NCBI RefSeq assembly: GCF_009914755.1 | Contig: NC_060929.1 | Reading direction: 5' to 3' (one strand) | DNA length: 64,000 nucleotides | From: the human T2T-CHM13v2.0 reference genome, Homo sapiens | Part shown: one piece after another, positions 1 to 14,122 of the stretch | Position numbering within the stretch: the first letter of the stretch is position 1 | Layout: each line of letters opens with the position of its first letter | Program-made: the position numbers and the translations under genes | The notes under the pieces: generated by a model | Database searches by the model: none | Seen by the model: the letters and a program-made list of their open reading frames with translations, nothing else | Told to the model about the DNA's origin: nothing

Positions 1-480
1 TTTGAAGGCTTTACTCTACCATGTTCTAGCTTCTAGTTTTACTTCTGGGAAGTCTAATGTCATTTTGATTCTCGATCATTTATACAGGACATACTCTTAA
101 TTCTCTTTGGAAGCTTTAAGATCTGTTTTCCCAGTAACTGAAATGTCATCATATCATGACTTGGTATGAGTCATTTCTCACTTATGATGCTAGGCTCTGA
201 GAGAGCTCATTCAAGATGGAAACTTGTGCCTTTTACTTCAGAAATATTTATTGTTTTTGTCATTATTATTATAATCATTACTAAATTTTCTATATTCTCT
301 TTTTATTCTGCAAGTCCTGCTATTTGGATACTGGATATCTTACAATGATCCTCTAAATCACATACTTGGACTCTTCTATTTTCAACCTACCTGTTTTGGG
401 TTTTACTTTTTGAAATATATCTTCAATATTGTCTTCAAAAATTATATACAATTTTTTAACAGGTATCACATTTTTTGTTT
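1..480 (-). mobile_element. Old L1M fragment (antisense)
   Basis: T-rich degenerate sequence (gaagtctaatgtcattttgattc, gaagctttaagatctgttttc) typical of antisense old L1; boundaries approximate. Confidence 0.45.
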
Positions 481-559
481 TTCAAGAGTTATTTTATCTT
501 GTGATTTGCTTATTTCTTTTGTATAGATTTATGTTATTAAATAGATGTAATATTTTATA

Positions 560-615
560 TGTGCAGTGGGGTTTTGTGTATCAATTATACCTCAATAAAG
601 TTTTAAAAAAAGAAA
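560..615 (+). mobile_element. Old L1 3' terminus
   Basis: tcaattatacctcaataaagttttaaaaaaa matches the L1MC/L1ME-type 3' end with A tail. Confidence 0.55.
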
Positions 616-627
616 CTAGAAAAAATA

Positions 628-1692
628 CAGTTGACCCTTGAACAATGTAGGAGATTGGGAGGCTGACCCCCTGTGCAGTAGAACATCCACATATAACTTT
701 GTACTACCCCAAAACTTAACTACTAATAGCCTACTGTTGACTGGAAGGCTTACCCGTAACATAAACAGTCTATTAACACATTTTGTATGTTATGTGTACT
801 ATATATTGTATTCTTAAAATAGGCTAGAAAAAAGAAAATGTTATTAAAAATATCATAAGGAAGAGAAAACACATTTTTACATTACTGTATTGTATTTATC
901 CATACTGTAAGTTTATGTTGCCTATTTACAAGATACGTTGTCTATTTGCAATGGCAGGCAACCGCAGCTGCAAATCTTATCCATGATACCTATCAAGCAA
1001 TCCAACTTTGCCTAGTAATGTCATTACTTTTCTCTGCTTCTTGGGAGCACGTCTAGCATCACTAGAGGTACTTCGTATGGGTCCTATGTTGTTATTCAAG
1101 GTTTATGGCATTACACTATACATGAAAAATACACCAGAACCACAAGAGGTCACTTTTTACTGTGATTCACATTTTACTGGAGAGCTGAACTGCTCACAGG
1201 GAGATGATGAGCATCACATGGCATTTTAAGAGGATACTTGGCAACACTTGAGCTCATGGCAAAAGCAGCAGGAGGTGGCCACAAAATTATTACAGTAGTA
1301 CAGTATGTACTACAGTTAATTTTATACAGTTATGATTTAGTAATACTTTAGGTTTCTTTACATTTATGTTTCTTTACATTTCTCTTGACTGTGAATGGCA
1401 TCATGTACAGTCTGAGTGCATAAGTTTTAATAAATTTTAACTTTGGTAATGGATCTGTGCATGTTTTATGGTAGTAAATGATAAAATAGACTAATATCTA
1501 TGTATAATTTACACATTGATGTCACACATAATGCTTTCTTGTTTTTTTTTCTGTATTTTTAGCCAATGCAGTTTGTTTGCAAGTTTCTTCAAATTGTCAC
1601 AAATCTCCAAAAAATTTCCAATATATTTATGTAAAAAAATATGTATAAGGGGATTCATGCCATTCAAACTTGTGTTGTTCAAGGGTTAACTG
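628..1692 (-). mobile_element. Tigger2-family non-autonomous DNA transposon (Tigger2b-like, about 1.07 kb)
   Basis: TIRs cagttgacccttgaacaa (628) and ttgttcaagggttaactg (1692), TA target duplication on both sides. Confidence 0.9.
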
Positions 1693-1756
1693 TAGAGACC
1701 ATAATGGTCTAAAAAACACCTAACTTTCCATGTACTCATGAGTAGCTATCTGAAGA

Positions 1757-2337
1757 TTTGCTCCTTTTTAAAATTGAGTTATTGATTTTTTAAGTAATTC
1801 AGTTGTAGGAGTTTCTTATATATTTTGGAAACTAACTCCTTTTCACATATATGGTTTGCAAATATTTTCTCCCATTCCACATGTCAGTTGGTTCCTTTGC
1901 TGTGCAGAATCTTATTAGTTTTATATTGTCCCACTTAGTTATTTTTGTTTTTGTCTTCTGTGCTTTCAGTGTCCTGTCTATGAAATCATTGTCAAAACCC
2001 ATGTAGTGAAGGTTTTAGGTTTTATGTTTAAGGCTTTCATCCATTTCGAGTTGATTTTTGTATAAGGGTTCAATTTTATTATTTTGCCTGTGCATTATTT
2101 TATATGTATATTCTTTTGCAGTTTCCTTGGCACCATTTGTTGATGAGACTATGCTTTCCTCATTGCATATTCTTGGTACCCTTGTCAAAGATCAGTTGAC
2201 CATATATGCAACAGTTTATTTTGCGCTTTCTATTCATTTCCTTGGGTCTATATGCATGTCTTAATGCCAGTACCATACTATTTTGATTACTGTAGCCTTG
2301 TAATATATTTTGAAATCATTATGTGTGATGCCTCTAA
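1757..2337 (-). mobile_element. L1MA ORF2 segment, inverted 5' part of the element at 2338-3990
   Basis: Antisense ORF2 motifs (tttgcaaatattttctcccattc, gccagtaccatactattttgattactgtagc). Confidence 0.85.
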
Positions 2338-2373
2338 TGAGTTAAGGTCATGAATAGACATGTCCAAAGAAGA

Positions 2374-2746
2374 TGCATTAGTCCATTTTCCCACTGATAT
2401 AATGAACTTACTGATGCTGGGTACCTTATAAAGGAAAGAGGTTTCATTGACTCACATTTCTACATGGCTGGGGAGGCCTGAGGACATGTACAATGATGGT
2501 AGAAAGGAAAGCAGGTACATCTTACATGGTGGCAGGTGAGAGAGAGCGTGTGAAGGAGGAAGAGTTGAACACTTATAAAACTATCAGATCTCGTGAGAGC
2601 CCACTCACTATCACAAGAACAGTATGGGAGAAACTGCTCCTATGATCCAATCACCTCCCACCATGTCCCTCCCTTGAAACATGGGGATTGTGGGGAATAC
2701 AATTCGAGATGAGATTTGGGTGGGGACACAGAGCCAAACCATATCA
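2374..2746 (-). mobile_element. THE1D-like solo LTR (ERVL-MaLR)
   Basis: tgcattagtcc...ccaaaccatatca termini, 5 bp TSD gaaga. Confidence 0.88.
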
Positions 2747-3239
2747 GAAGATATACAAATAGCCAAGAGGTATGTGAAAAGTCATTAACATTGTTAATCA
2801 TCAGGGAAAGGCAAATCAAAACCATGATAAGATATCTCCTAACACCTGTCAGTATGGCTATTATCAAAAAACCAAAAGAAAACAAGTGTTGGTGATGAGA
2901 TGAAGAAATTTGGACTTTTGCATATTGTTGGTGGGAATGCAAAATGGTGCAGCTGCTGTGGAAAACAGTATGAGATTTCTCAAAAAAATAAAAATAGAAC
3001 TACCATATGATCCAGCAATCCTGCTTCTGTGTATTTACCCAGAAGAATAGAAATAATGATCTCAAAGAATATTAGCACTCTTTTGTTCATTGCCTTACAC
3101 AATAGTCAAGATGTGAAAACAACCTGAATGTCTATTGACAGATGACTGGATAAAGAAAATATAGCATATACATAGAATGGAATACTATTCAGCCTCAAAA
3201 AACAAGAAACTTCTGTTATATTCAACAATATGAACAAAT

Positions 3240-3386
3240 CTTCTTTTTCTTTTTCCTTCTCATCTCCTTCTTCCTCCTTTCCTCGTCCCCCATCTCTCCT
3301 CCTCCTCTTCCTCCTTCTCCTCCTTCTCCTTCTTCTTCTCCATTTTCTTCTCCTTCTTCTTCTTCATCTTCTTCTCCTTCTTCTTC
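3240..3386. repeat. (CTT/CCT)n polypyrimidine microsatellite derived from the Alu tail
   Basis: About 147 bp of almost pure C/T directly adjoining the tail end of the antisense Alu. Confidence 0.9.
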
Positions 3387-3669
<283 letters not shown>

Positions 3670-5726
3670 AGTATATGGATAAATCTTGAGAACATTATGC
3701 TAAGTGAAATAAGCCAGTCACAGAAAAACGAATACTGTGCTGTTTTATTCTACTTATATGTGATATCTAAAATAGTCAAATTCATTCAAGTGGTTGCCAA
3801 GGGCTAAGTAGGGGGGAAATGGGAAGTTACTAATCGATGGGCATAAAGTTTCAGTCAAGCAAGATGAGTAAGTTCTAGGGATGTGCTGCATGACATGGTA
3901 CCTATAGTCAACAATAATGTATAGTTCATGTAAAATGTGTTAAGAAGGTAAATCTAATGTTAAATGTCCACAATACAATCAAATTAAAGAAAGTTTACTC
4001 CAACAAAATAAGGAAATAAACCAAAATGAGAAAAAATCAAATGCAAGACATGGAATAGTGTCGCCAAACAACAGCTCCAGCAGGCCTGCAGTACGATCAG
4101 AACGAACTAATAAGGAAATTATCTAAAAACGTCTTCAATTCAAAGACCAATATGCATTTGGCTTCATTTTTTAAAGCTAAAATACATACAACTAGAACCA
4201 GCTTATTTTTATTGCTCTGTAAACTAGCATGGGACTACGCATTTCCTATGAATTTATAGATGAAATGTGACAAATGGCAAACTCTAAACGTAAAAACAAA
4301 CAAAAATTGGTAAAGCTAAACACTGTTTCAACCTTATGTTTTACAAATGCAAGTTATTTCCCTCAATTCGACACAGAGTTTCTGTTTGCTTGTTTTCCCC
4401 AACATGTTTGCCTGTGTAAGCTCATTCCACACTGTAGGCCCACAATTAATGCTAAGACATGACCAAGTGAGCCTTTGTCACTTGCTCACTCTGTCCCTCT
4501 ACTATGGTCCTGCCTCTGACCCTCTTCCTCCTATTAGTGTCTACAGATTTCTCCCTCTGCTAATACCTGCCCTCTGCAATTCCTCTAACACTAGGAAAAG
4601 TGTTTGGAATGTCAACAACTTACACATCCTAGGAGCACATCTTTGACAAGAATCAGATTATTCCCTCTTACTCTCTTCTTCCCCCAAGAGAAGACAGATC
4701 CTTCCAAAAATTGGTGCTACTACTTAAATGTCATCATTTCAAGAGTTCCTCTGGCTGTTATTCTCAAAACTCTTGGGAAAGTAGAGTTGTGAGAATGATT
4801 AGAAACCTTGACAATAGAAATTATATCAGTTTCTTTTTAATTTCTTGATCAATGAAAAAACAAACAAATAATGCAAGGAATTGGGGGTTTGGCTGTCTTC
4901 AAGAGGACTTAATGTAGACAGATCTGATTACCTTAAAAACCATCCTGTCTCTTACTTTATCTTTTAGTGAGTTTGTCATGTTGATTTTAGATGATGTTGA
5001 TTTAGATGATTTAGATTGATTTAGATGATGTTGATTTAGATGTAGCCAAGGGCTGCAGCATCAACTTAATTTCATTTTGTTATCCTGTCAATTTAGGGGT
5101 GTCTTTACTTTTTAAATAAATATAGTATGGTTTAGTTTTAAATTTCAATTTGGGATAATTTATACCTGTTTAGGATAATTTATACCTGTTTATGTGCCAG
5201 TGAGGTAGGTAGTTTTTAGTTCTTGCGAGATGGGGAGATTTTAAATGATATCAGGTGTTGGTGTTGCAATTAATTTTCTATTAGTAAATCCAATGGAATC
5301 TTCTTCCTTGGCATAAAATTAAGTTAAAAAACAGTTGGAAGTTCAATACTGTGTGGCTCAATATAATATATGTGAGTATTAATTTGAAGAGTTACCACCC
5401 TTCAGTAACTGTTGAACTCAGAGTCAAAAAGCCTTCTTTGGTTAGAAACTCAATATGTAACATTAAGAAAATCATTTAACTTTTCGAGATATCAACTTCT
5501 TAGCAGTAAAACTAAAGGGTTGGACAGAATTATCTCTAAGAACAATTTCTAGAAATACCTGATTTTACACTTTCTATGCTTGTGATTGAAAAAAAGTGAT
5601 AAAAATAAGAAAGTTAAAAAGTCTTACTTGAAAAGTGAATACAAGTGACTGACCTCAAATTCATTATCAAGGTATAAATGATTCATGTGTTGCCCGAGGA
5701 AATTATTGTGATTAAGAAAAAAATGT

Positions 5727-6142
<416 letters not shown>

Positions 6143-6460
6143 CTAACCCTCATCCATTGTTTATTAATAAAAGCTATTACATGTAGAGGCTTATTATGAG
6201 CTCTTTAAGGAACATTTTCCAATTTAATTCTCATATCTATATGAATATAGTATTATCACCAAGATTTTGAGGAGTAAAACGAAGCAAAGTGAGCTTGGAT
6301 AATTGTTCAAGATCATAAAATTAGCTAATGACAGATTTTTTTCACCTGGAACCATCAGACTTCACAGCCATCCTGTTAACCATGGTGTTACCCTGCTTTT
6401 ATTTCTCCATCAATGTTCTAGTAAATGTGCTACAACTTTCTCCTTTTTCTAGTCACTGTC

Positions 6461-6830
6461 TTATGGACTGAATGTTCATGTTCTCCCCAAATGTACATGT
6501 TGAAACATCACCCGTTGTGATACTGTTAGGAGGTAGGGCCTTTGGGAGTTGATTAGACTTAGATGAGGTCATGAGGGAAGAGACGTCGTGAATGGGTTTA
6601 GTATCCTTATAAGAGTCCCTAGAGTGTTTTCTTCTCTCTGCTCTCCATTACGTGAGGACACAACAAGTCCATAGTCTGCAGCCAGGAAGGGAGCCCTCAC
6701 CAGAACCTGACCATGCTGGCACCCTGTTCTCAGACTTTCAGCCTCCAGAACTGTAAAAAATTAAATTTCTGCTATTTATAAGCCACCCAGTCTATGGTAA
6801 TTTGTTATAGCAGCCTGACCTGACTAGGAA
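6461..6830 (+). mobile_element. MLT1A-like solo LTR
   Basis: tatggactgaatgtt start, ccagaacctgaccatgctggcacc, tttgttatagcagcc end. Confidence 0.85.
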
Positions 6831-6885
6831 ATTCTGTAAAACGTTGGCAAACTCTTTTTTTCTTCTTAGCAACATTCTCATTGTT

Positions 6886-6919
<34 letters not shown>

Positions 6920-7275
6920 GCCCTGCCATTTAAACACAAATGAAAATGTTAACCATAGAATAAAGATATTTCTTTGCCATTTATATGTGAAACAAGCAGA
7001 AAATTAAATCAAAAGACTCTCTTGACATTGTTTATTTAAATTTTTTTTTTTTCATGAACCACATGAAGCTACTTTATTAGGTACAGAGTCAATGGTGAGT
7101 TAGAGATTAGTAAGTTTGCAGAAGGTACAGGTTACTTCCCCACTCAAACCATTAAAACAATGCAGTATCTAGTTCCAAAAGAAAAGATGTTATCTCATAG
7201 CCAGTTGACAAATTTTACTGGTACCTTTCAAGTGAAAAAACAACCATAACTAAATCTTAGTTTTTATGTCATTCA

Positions 7276-7390
7276 TGTGTTATGGGTTAAATCATGTCCC
7301 TCCAAAATGACAGGGTGGAGTCCTAACTCCCAGTACCTCAAATGTGACTTTATTTGGAGATGGAGTCTTTGCAGTACAATTAATTTAAAA
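7276..7390 (+). mobile_element. MLT1B/C 5' fragment
   Basis: tgttatgggttaaat...gtcctaactcccagtacctc...tatttggagatggagtctttgcag. Confidence 0.7.
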
Positions 7391-8839
7391 GTTTTCTAGG
7401 TCATGGACTAAATTTGGAAAATGACAAGATTTAAGTAGCTACTGCTTTAAGATTTAGTACCATACTTTCTACTATCCCAAAATAGTTTGTTCTTAACCTT
7501 TACCTTCTACCTCTGAATATGTTATAAACAGTCCACTTACATTTTCAAAATTAACAGCTATCATGAGTACATTAAAAGGGCACCATTGTGAAGTTTGTTT
7601 TATGTTTCTTTCCATTAAAATGTATTATTTTCAACTTCTTGCTGTTTTACTTCTTTTCCCTGGTGTGGAACACAATTACCACCATATTCTTATGAGTGCT
7701 TTAAAGCCCTCTTTCTAGCTAAAAGCCACACTATATTGTTAACTCCACGAGGTCCAATAACATTTTCCCAAACATGCTGTGACTGTCACCACTGGAGAGA
7801 AAGGCTTTTAGGGAAAAATGTGGAGTTCTTATGCAGCACATTCCTTTCTTTCTTTTATGCTTTCCTAATTTCAGGTAATTATTGAGTTGAAGTTTATTAG
7901 CTAATTGTATACATGCTGTGGTATTCAAGTACTTTCATTTATGTGGTTGACAGTAACTAGAGTTTTCTTTCATATAGGTATTTTCTTCAGATTTGGGAGG
8001 TGAAACTCTAATTTTGGTACTTGGAAGCCTAGTGTGACTCTAACTAGAAGTTAATCAGTTGCATTTATTAGAGAATTGTTCCATGCAACTTGGGGAATTA
8101 AAATAATTTTTCTATACTAGGATATCATCCAGTGAGTGCTACACTGAGATGCCCACAAACCATGGACATTGTTTTGCCTGTAACACTGGGGACAAAGTCA
8201 GGAACAAAAACTTGAACCACTTGAATCAAATAAATGGGTTCTGGTTCAATATAGTGGTGACGTTTGAACATTTCTAGTTCTGCTCCTCTCAATCGTTTCA
8301 GAAAACATATAACTCGTTTCAGTTAAAATTAATTTCTTGGGCACATACTTGAAAAACCCTTAGCTTAGTTTGAATTGACTTATTGATCACTAAAAAAGAG
8401 ATTTTATAAATTGAATTTAATTTCCCTGGTACCTTCAGCAAAGCTTCGTGGCATCCCTTATTTTGAGTTCAAAGTGCCATTTGGTGTAAAGCCCTGTATG
8501 AATAGATCTCTTTGGTAGGGATGAAAGTTTACCAGACAAGATTAAAACTTGTTCATTAATTCTCAAAATTGTCCTTGGACTAAATAATTGCCAGTGCTTT
8601 TCCTAGGATTTCATTTAAAGTTTGGTCATGTGACAAAGTGTACTTCCAAGACCATGTCCTGGGAGCTGAGAGAAACCACTCAAAAGGAGCCCAGGGGTTC
8701 TGACCAAGATCAGGTGAGAGAACACAGTGATTTCAGACATATGAGACAACCTATGGTTCTTCTTCTTCTTCTTCTTTTTCTGCTTTATACTGGATATATA
8801 ATATATTGCATGAAATGATTTATTTATTTTCAATTAAAA

Positions 8840-9126
8840 CTTTTTTTTTTTGAGTTGAGGTCTTGCTCTGTTGCCCAGGCTGGAGTGCAGTGGTATGATC
8901 ATCACTCATTACAGCCTTGAACTCAAGAGATCCTCCCACCTTAGCCTCCTGAGGAGCTGGGATTACAGGTGCATGCCACTGAGCCTGGCTAATTTTGTAC
9001 ATTTTTTGTAGAGATGGGGTCTCACTTTGTTGCCCAGGCTGGTCTTGAACTCCTGGCCTCAAGCAATTATCTCACCTTGGCTTCCAGAAGCACTGATATT
9101 ACAGGCATGAACCATTGCCCATGCCT
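8840..9126 (-). mobile_element. AluJ
   Basis: Poly-T followed by divergent antisense dimeric Alu. Confidence 0.92.
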
Positions 9127-9129
9127 GCA

Positions 9130-9990
9130 TATATTTGAAACTTATAATTTGATCAGAAGCCCACCTCTTATTCCCAAAAGATTCCTCATGCCTGTCTGTC
9201 ATTCTCCCTCCCAATTCTCTACCTGCCCCATTCCCAGGAAACCAACAATTTGCTTTCTGCCATGATAGATAAAATTTTCTCGAAGTTTATATTGATGGGG
9301 CTCAGGGCATGCCACCCCCAAATATGGCATGTTGGCATTTGAAAAAATAGCAAAAGCAAGAAAGTCACTCTCAACTTCCCCTCGCCCTTCCTCCCCTGAA
9401 GTAGGCCATAAAACCCAGATGATCTTTTCCTAAAGTAGGTCATGAAACTCTCATTCTAGAGATGCCAGTCCTATATTTCATATCCAGAGGAAAGATACAT
9501 CCTTATCCTTGAAAACACAGAGATATCAAAAAGAATCTGAACAAACAGGCCCAAGATCCCCCTAGTTGATCACCATTAGGTCATACCCCTTTGCCCAATC
9601 ATACTTCTGCACAATTGTCCACTGTTCCTCAAACCTAAGCCTAAACAATACACACATTTCCCTATTTCTTTGAATCTTCATTTCTCAAGGCTCCCATGCC
9701 ACATTATTAAATATATTTGTATGATTTTTCTCTTGCTAACCTGCATTTTTGCTATAGGAGCCTCAGCCATGAACTTCGTGATGCATGAGGAAAAGATGTT
9801 ACCTTTTCTCCCTGACGATAAAAATGGAATCATACAGTATATATTCCTTTTTGTTTGGCTTTTGTCACTCAGAATAATTAGCTTTAATTTCACTCATGTT
9901 ATTGAGTGCATTAAGAGTGCTTTTATTGCTGAATCACATTCAACTTTATGGATATACCATGATTTGTTTATTCATTTACCTATTGATGGA
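9130..9990 (-). mobile_element. Old L1 (L1MC/ME) 3' region, split by an LTR
   Basis: aaatggaatcatacagtat...tggcttttgtcactcag, ggatataccatgatttgtttattcattt motifs. Confidence 0.7.
9293..9817 (+). mobile_element. ERV1 MER4-group solo LTR (MER31-like)
   Basis: tgatggggctcagggcatgccaccccaaatatggca start, aagaatctgaacaaacagg, attaaa signal; inserted in L1. Confidence 0.65.
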
Positions 9991-10250
9991 AGCCAGAAAG
10001 AAAATGAGCACCTTAGCCCTACAACCACAAGGAAATAAATTCCATTAACAACCTGAATGAGCTTGAAATAGAAATCTTGAGCCTTAGATAAGTTTGCACA
10101 TATCAACCTCTTTTTTTCAGTCTGGTGAGACTCTAAGCAGAGAACTCAGTTAACCTCAGTTAACCAGAGTCCCAATTCATGGGAACTGTGAGATAATAAA
10201 TTTGTCTTGTTGTAATGCTCTATGTCTTTTGTGATTTGTTATGCAGCAGA
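9991..10250 (+). mobile_element. MLT1E/F-like LTR 3' part
   Basis: caaccacaaggaa...aacaacctgaatgagcttg...aactgtgagataataaattt...tttgttatgcagca. Confidence 0.75.
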
Positions 10251-10259
10251 AGTCAAGAA

Positions 10260-11510
10260 ATGCTGCCACGAGGAAGGAACACATGAAGGTGTAGACTTCT
10301 CCAAGGTGACACTAGGACAGAGGCAATAGCCTGCTCAGACACCCAGTGGTAGAAGGGAACACAGAGTGTTCAAGGGAACCAAAAGTATGCTCTGGCTGGA
10401 TTGCAGCTACTCAAAAGGAGAAGGAACTGGGATGAGGCTAGAGATGTAGTCAGACCCTATAAATTTTTTTTTTTTTTTTGAGCATTGAGACCTCAGGAAC
10501 AGGTTTTAATGGGTGTTTGCTGGTGGAGGAGAGGGTGGAGTGACTTAACATGATGAGACTTACTGTGTTGGAAAGATTATTCTCACTGCAATGTGGAGGA
10601 TGGGCTTGGAGAGGGCAACAGTGAATGTGGAAACCAGTAAGAAATGCAGTGTTGTAGTCTCAGGGAAAGAAGTTGGCAGTATGAATTTGGGCAGTAACAG
10701 TGGAAGCTAGAAGTGAACAAATTTGAGAAATATTTAGGAAGAACCTTGGAGACAACCAGCCACATGGAGGTATTGGGTAGAGAGTTGCATGTACTGATTC
10801 AAAATACTCTTTTCAAAATACTCTTCTTTTGGCTTCCTTACCACTTTCTTACCTTGTATACCTTTGGTTACTGAATTGAATTTAATTTCCCTGGCACCTT
10901 CAGCAAAGCTTCGTGGCATCCCTTATTTTGAGTTCACGGTGCCATTTGGTGTAAAGCCCTGTATGAATAGATCTCTTTGGTAGGGATGAAAGTACTGATT
11001 CAAAGCTAAAAAGGTAAGCCCACACTGGAGAAAGACTCATTGGCCTGTAGAGGGTAACCAAAGCTGCAGGCGGGTATGAAATAATCTAAGATACTGAATG
11101 TTTCAACACTTAGTTTCTGCAAAATAATCTTGTAAAGGAGACTTTCAGTAACCAAAGATACACAAGGTAAGAAAGTGTTAAGGAAGCCAAAAGAAGAGTA
11201 TTTTGAAAAGAGGATTTTGAAAATGAGGAAATGATCCACAGTAAAAATAAATGCTGAAAAGTCAAATAATATGAGATTTGAAGATGTCAGTTGTATTCTG
11301 AAGCTCTTAGAAAGAACTGCTTTGGTGTGATAATGAGGGTGATGAGAAAAACAGGAACACTGTAATTTGGCCAGCATGTGGGAAAGTTTGTGGAAAAGAG
11401 GATGGAGAGGCTCTAGCTTAGAGAGAAGAGAGGTCAATGAGACTTTTTGTTTGTTTTTTGCTTGTTTGTTTAAAAATAGAAAATACGTAAATAAAGAGAT
11501 CTAGTTAAAG
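10260..11510 (-). mobile_element. L2 fragment, hosting a templated insertion
   Basis: Purine-rich antisense L2 motifs (gaaagattattct...ggaaaccagtaagaa...tgagaaatatttagga). Confidence 0.65.
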
Positions 11511-12754
11511 AGTGAACCATTAAGTAACTCATTATTGCTGTGTTTTTATTGCTTAGTGTGACTATTTATCCCATGGAAAATGAAAAAGTTTTTATTTAAC
11601 AGCATAGTCTTCAAAGGCATTCAAGCTATTCTTCTTCTACCTTATTTTTTAATACCCTGCCTTAAACTTAAATCACAAATGATTCCCAGGAAGGTATTTT
11701 TGCAATAAATAAGTAAATACAGAAACTCATTTGGAGCTCACAGTATTTGTTTTTATAGTTGTTCCATGGCATGAGTTAATCAGTTAACAAGGCAGTAACT
11801 TTTAATAGGAACCCCTTTCTTCTGAATACTGTCTAAGCATTTGTGATAATTGTTCAGGCTCTAAAAGAAAAAATTGCTGCTCCCCAGGAGTTCAAAATTG
11901 AATGGATGAAGTGATGAATAAAAGCACTGAAAGGTTTGTGGAATACTAATGCGAAGAAAAACTGGAGGATAATTTATCTTTCCTGTAGTATCATTAAATC
12001 TCACTTTAAAAACGAAATCCTTGTCCTAAGAAGTTTATACAATTTTTTTTCATGACATATACGAGAACTAAAGCCAAGAAATTCTATTATTACCACCCTT
12101 AAAATTGGGCTGTATCCATGCCACACACACAAAAATGTTTTTAAGAAAGCATGATAGTCATTTGTTCATTGATTAGTAAACTTTATGTATGAAGTCAGTC
12201 TAGCGACGAACTTTTTTGTTCCAGTAGGATAACTGCAATCTTCACCCTCTCAAGTTTCTATTTTTCCTCCTGAAATTACTATTATCATTCAGGCAGCAGC
12301 CAGGACTTTTCTGTATATCCTACCCTCAGGGTCTGCTTGATATTGTAAAACTGCTGAGTCATCACTTACATTGTGTTTCAAAATAAACTTGACAAGTACA
12401 GCAGAATAAAATACAGCTTTGAAATAAATAAACCTGGATATTTTGATACCAAGTCCAAAGTTTACATCATAGGAGACTAATAATAGATGAAGAGAACTGA
12501 AGGTCCCCAGTCAGCTCTGTTAGGCTGCCTAACTCATACCATATCAAGTACCATCTTTCCCAATTCTAGAAGCCAAGTGAGAGTCAAATTGGCTCCTAAG
12601 GTCACTCAGTGACTATTCATGAATGTGTTTTCTGAGCATTCGCTGTGCTGGGCAAATCTTCCTGTGGGTACCCTGAAAAGTTTTTTCATGGTTAGCATCT
12701 AGCTCATAGTCTATTGATCGTCTAGCAGGGGAGACAGACAAGTGTACAACTCAG

Positions 12755-13530
12755 TTATTTTTAGTGTATTTGCAGAGTTGTGCCCCCATACCCATAATCT
12801 AATTTTAGAATATTTTCATCACCCCCAAAGAAACCTTGTACCCATTAGTAGTCACACCCCTTAACCCTTGGCGACCACCAATCTATTTTCTGTCTCTAAA
12901 TTTTTCTTTTCTGGGCATTTCATGTAAATCATATCATAGAAGACATGGTGATATGGTTTGGCTGTGTCCCACCCAAATCTCATCTTGAATCTGTTGTGGA
13001 AGGGACCCACTGGGAAGTAACTGAATCATGGGGGAAGGTCTTTCCCGTGCTGTTCTTGTGAGAATGAGTAAGTCTCATGAAATCTGATGGTTATTATAAG
13101 GGGGAGTTTTCCTGCAAAAGCTCTCTTTTCTTGTCTGCCACCATGTGAGTCGTGCCTTTCACCTTCTGCCATGATTGTGAGGCCTCCCCAGCCATGTGGA
13201 ACTGTAAGTCCAATAAACCCCTTTCTTTTGTAAATTGCCCAGTCTCAGGTGTGTGTATGTCTTTATCAGCAGCGTGAAAATGGACTAATACATATGGTCA
13301 TTTTTGACTGGCTTTTTTCACAGAGTTCATCCATGCTTTAGCATTTATCAGTACTTCATTTCTTTTATTATGTTTCATGTACGACATAATGTTCCGTTGT
13401 ACACATAACCACTGCATCAGTTGCTGCACATTTGTATTGTTTCTACTTTTTGGCTATTATAAATATTGCTGCTATGAACACTTTTGTACATGTTTTTGTG
13501 TAAACATATGTTATCATTTCTTTTGGCTAG
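12755..13530 (-). mobile_element. L1MB-type 3' region split by THE1
   Basis: ttttagaatattttcatcacccccaaag, ctttttggctattataaatattgctgctatgaac. Confidence 0.75.
12949..13292 (+). mobile_element. THE1B-like solo LTR
   Basis: tgatatggtttggctgtgtcc...tggactaataca; TSD catgg/tatgg. Confidence 0.9.
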
Positions 13531-13654
13531 ATAGCTATATAACACATGACAATTTTTAGCAACTACCACTGAGAGCTTTAGACCTCTATAGACCTGGTGG
13601 TTTGGAAAGGTCTCATTCTCCCAACCCTTGCCCTCACGTATAATCTATGCTGGG

Positions 13655-14122
13655 TATATGAGGTTTCTCCAGAGAAACAGAACTAATAGTATATATGTAC
13701 AGGAAGAGATTTATTAGAGGAATTGTCTTATGTGATTATGGAGGCTGAGAAGTACCACAATCTGCTGTCTACAAGCTGGTGACCCAGGAAAGTTGGCAGT
13801 GTAATTCCAGTCCAAGTCCAAAAACCTTGAAAAAAAACAAAGGAGTCAAGGGGGTAAATTTTAATCCAAAGGCAAGAAAAGACCAATGTTCCAGCTCAAG
13901 TAGGTAGGCAGGAAGCACAAAAGGGCAAATTCCTCCTTCCTCCACCTTTTTGTTCTATTCAGGTCCTCAATGTCCACCCACATTGGGGAGGGCAATCTGC
14001 TGAGTCCACTGACTCAAATGTGAATGTCATCTGAAAACACCCTCATAGATATACCCAGAAATCATTTTTAATCTGGGCACTCTATAGCGTAGTCAAGTTG
14101 ACACAAAAAATTAACCATTATA
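13655..14122 (-). mobile_element. MLT2 (ERVL) solo LTR
   Basis: tctccagagaaacagaac...gtgattatggaggctgagaag...agtcaagttgacacaaaaaattaaccat. Confidence 0.85.

Noticed and set aside
4975-5045. CRISPR-like or prokaryotic repeat system
   Set aside because: No unique spacers or cas genes; the window is primate DNA.
6888-6917. 30 nt poly(A) as a retro-insertion
   Set aside because: No target-site duplication or element body visible in the flanks.
11006-11437. 143 aa minus-strand ORF
   Set aside because: Lies within a decayed L2 fragment; no independent gene evidence.
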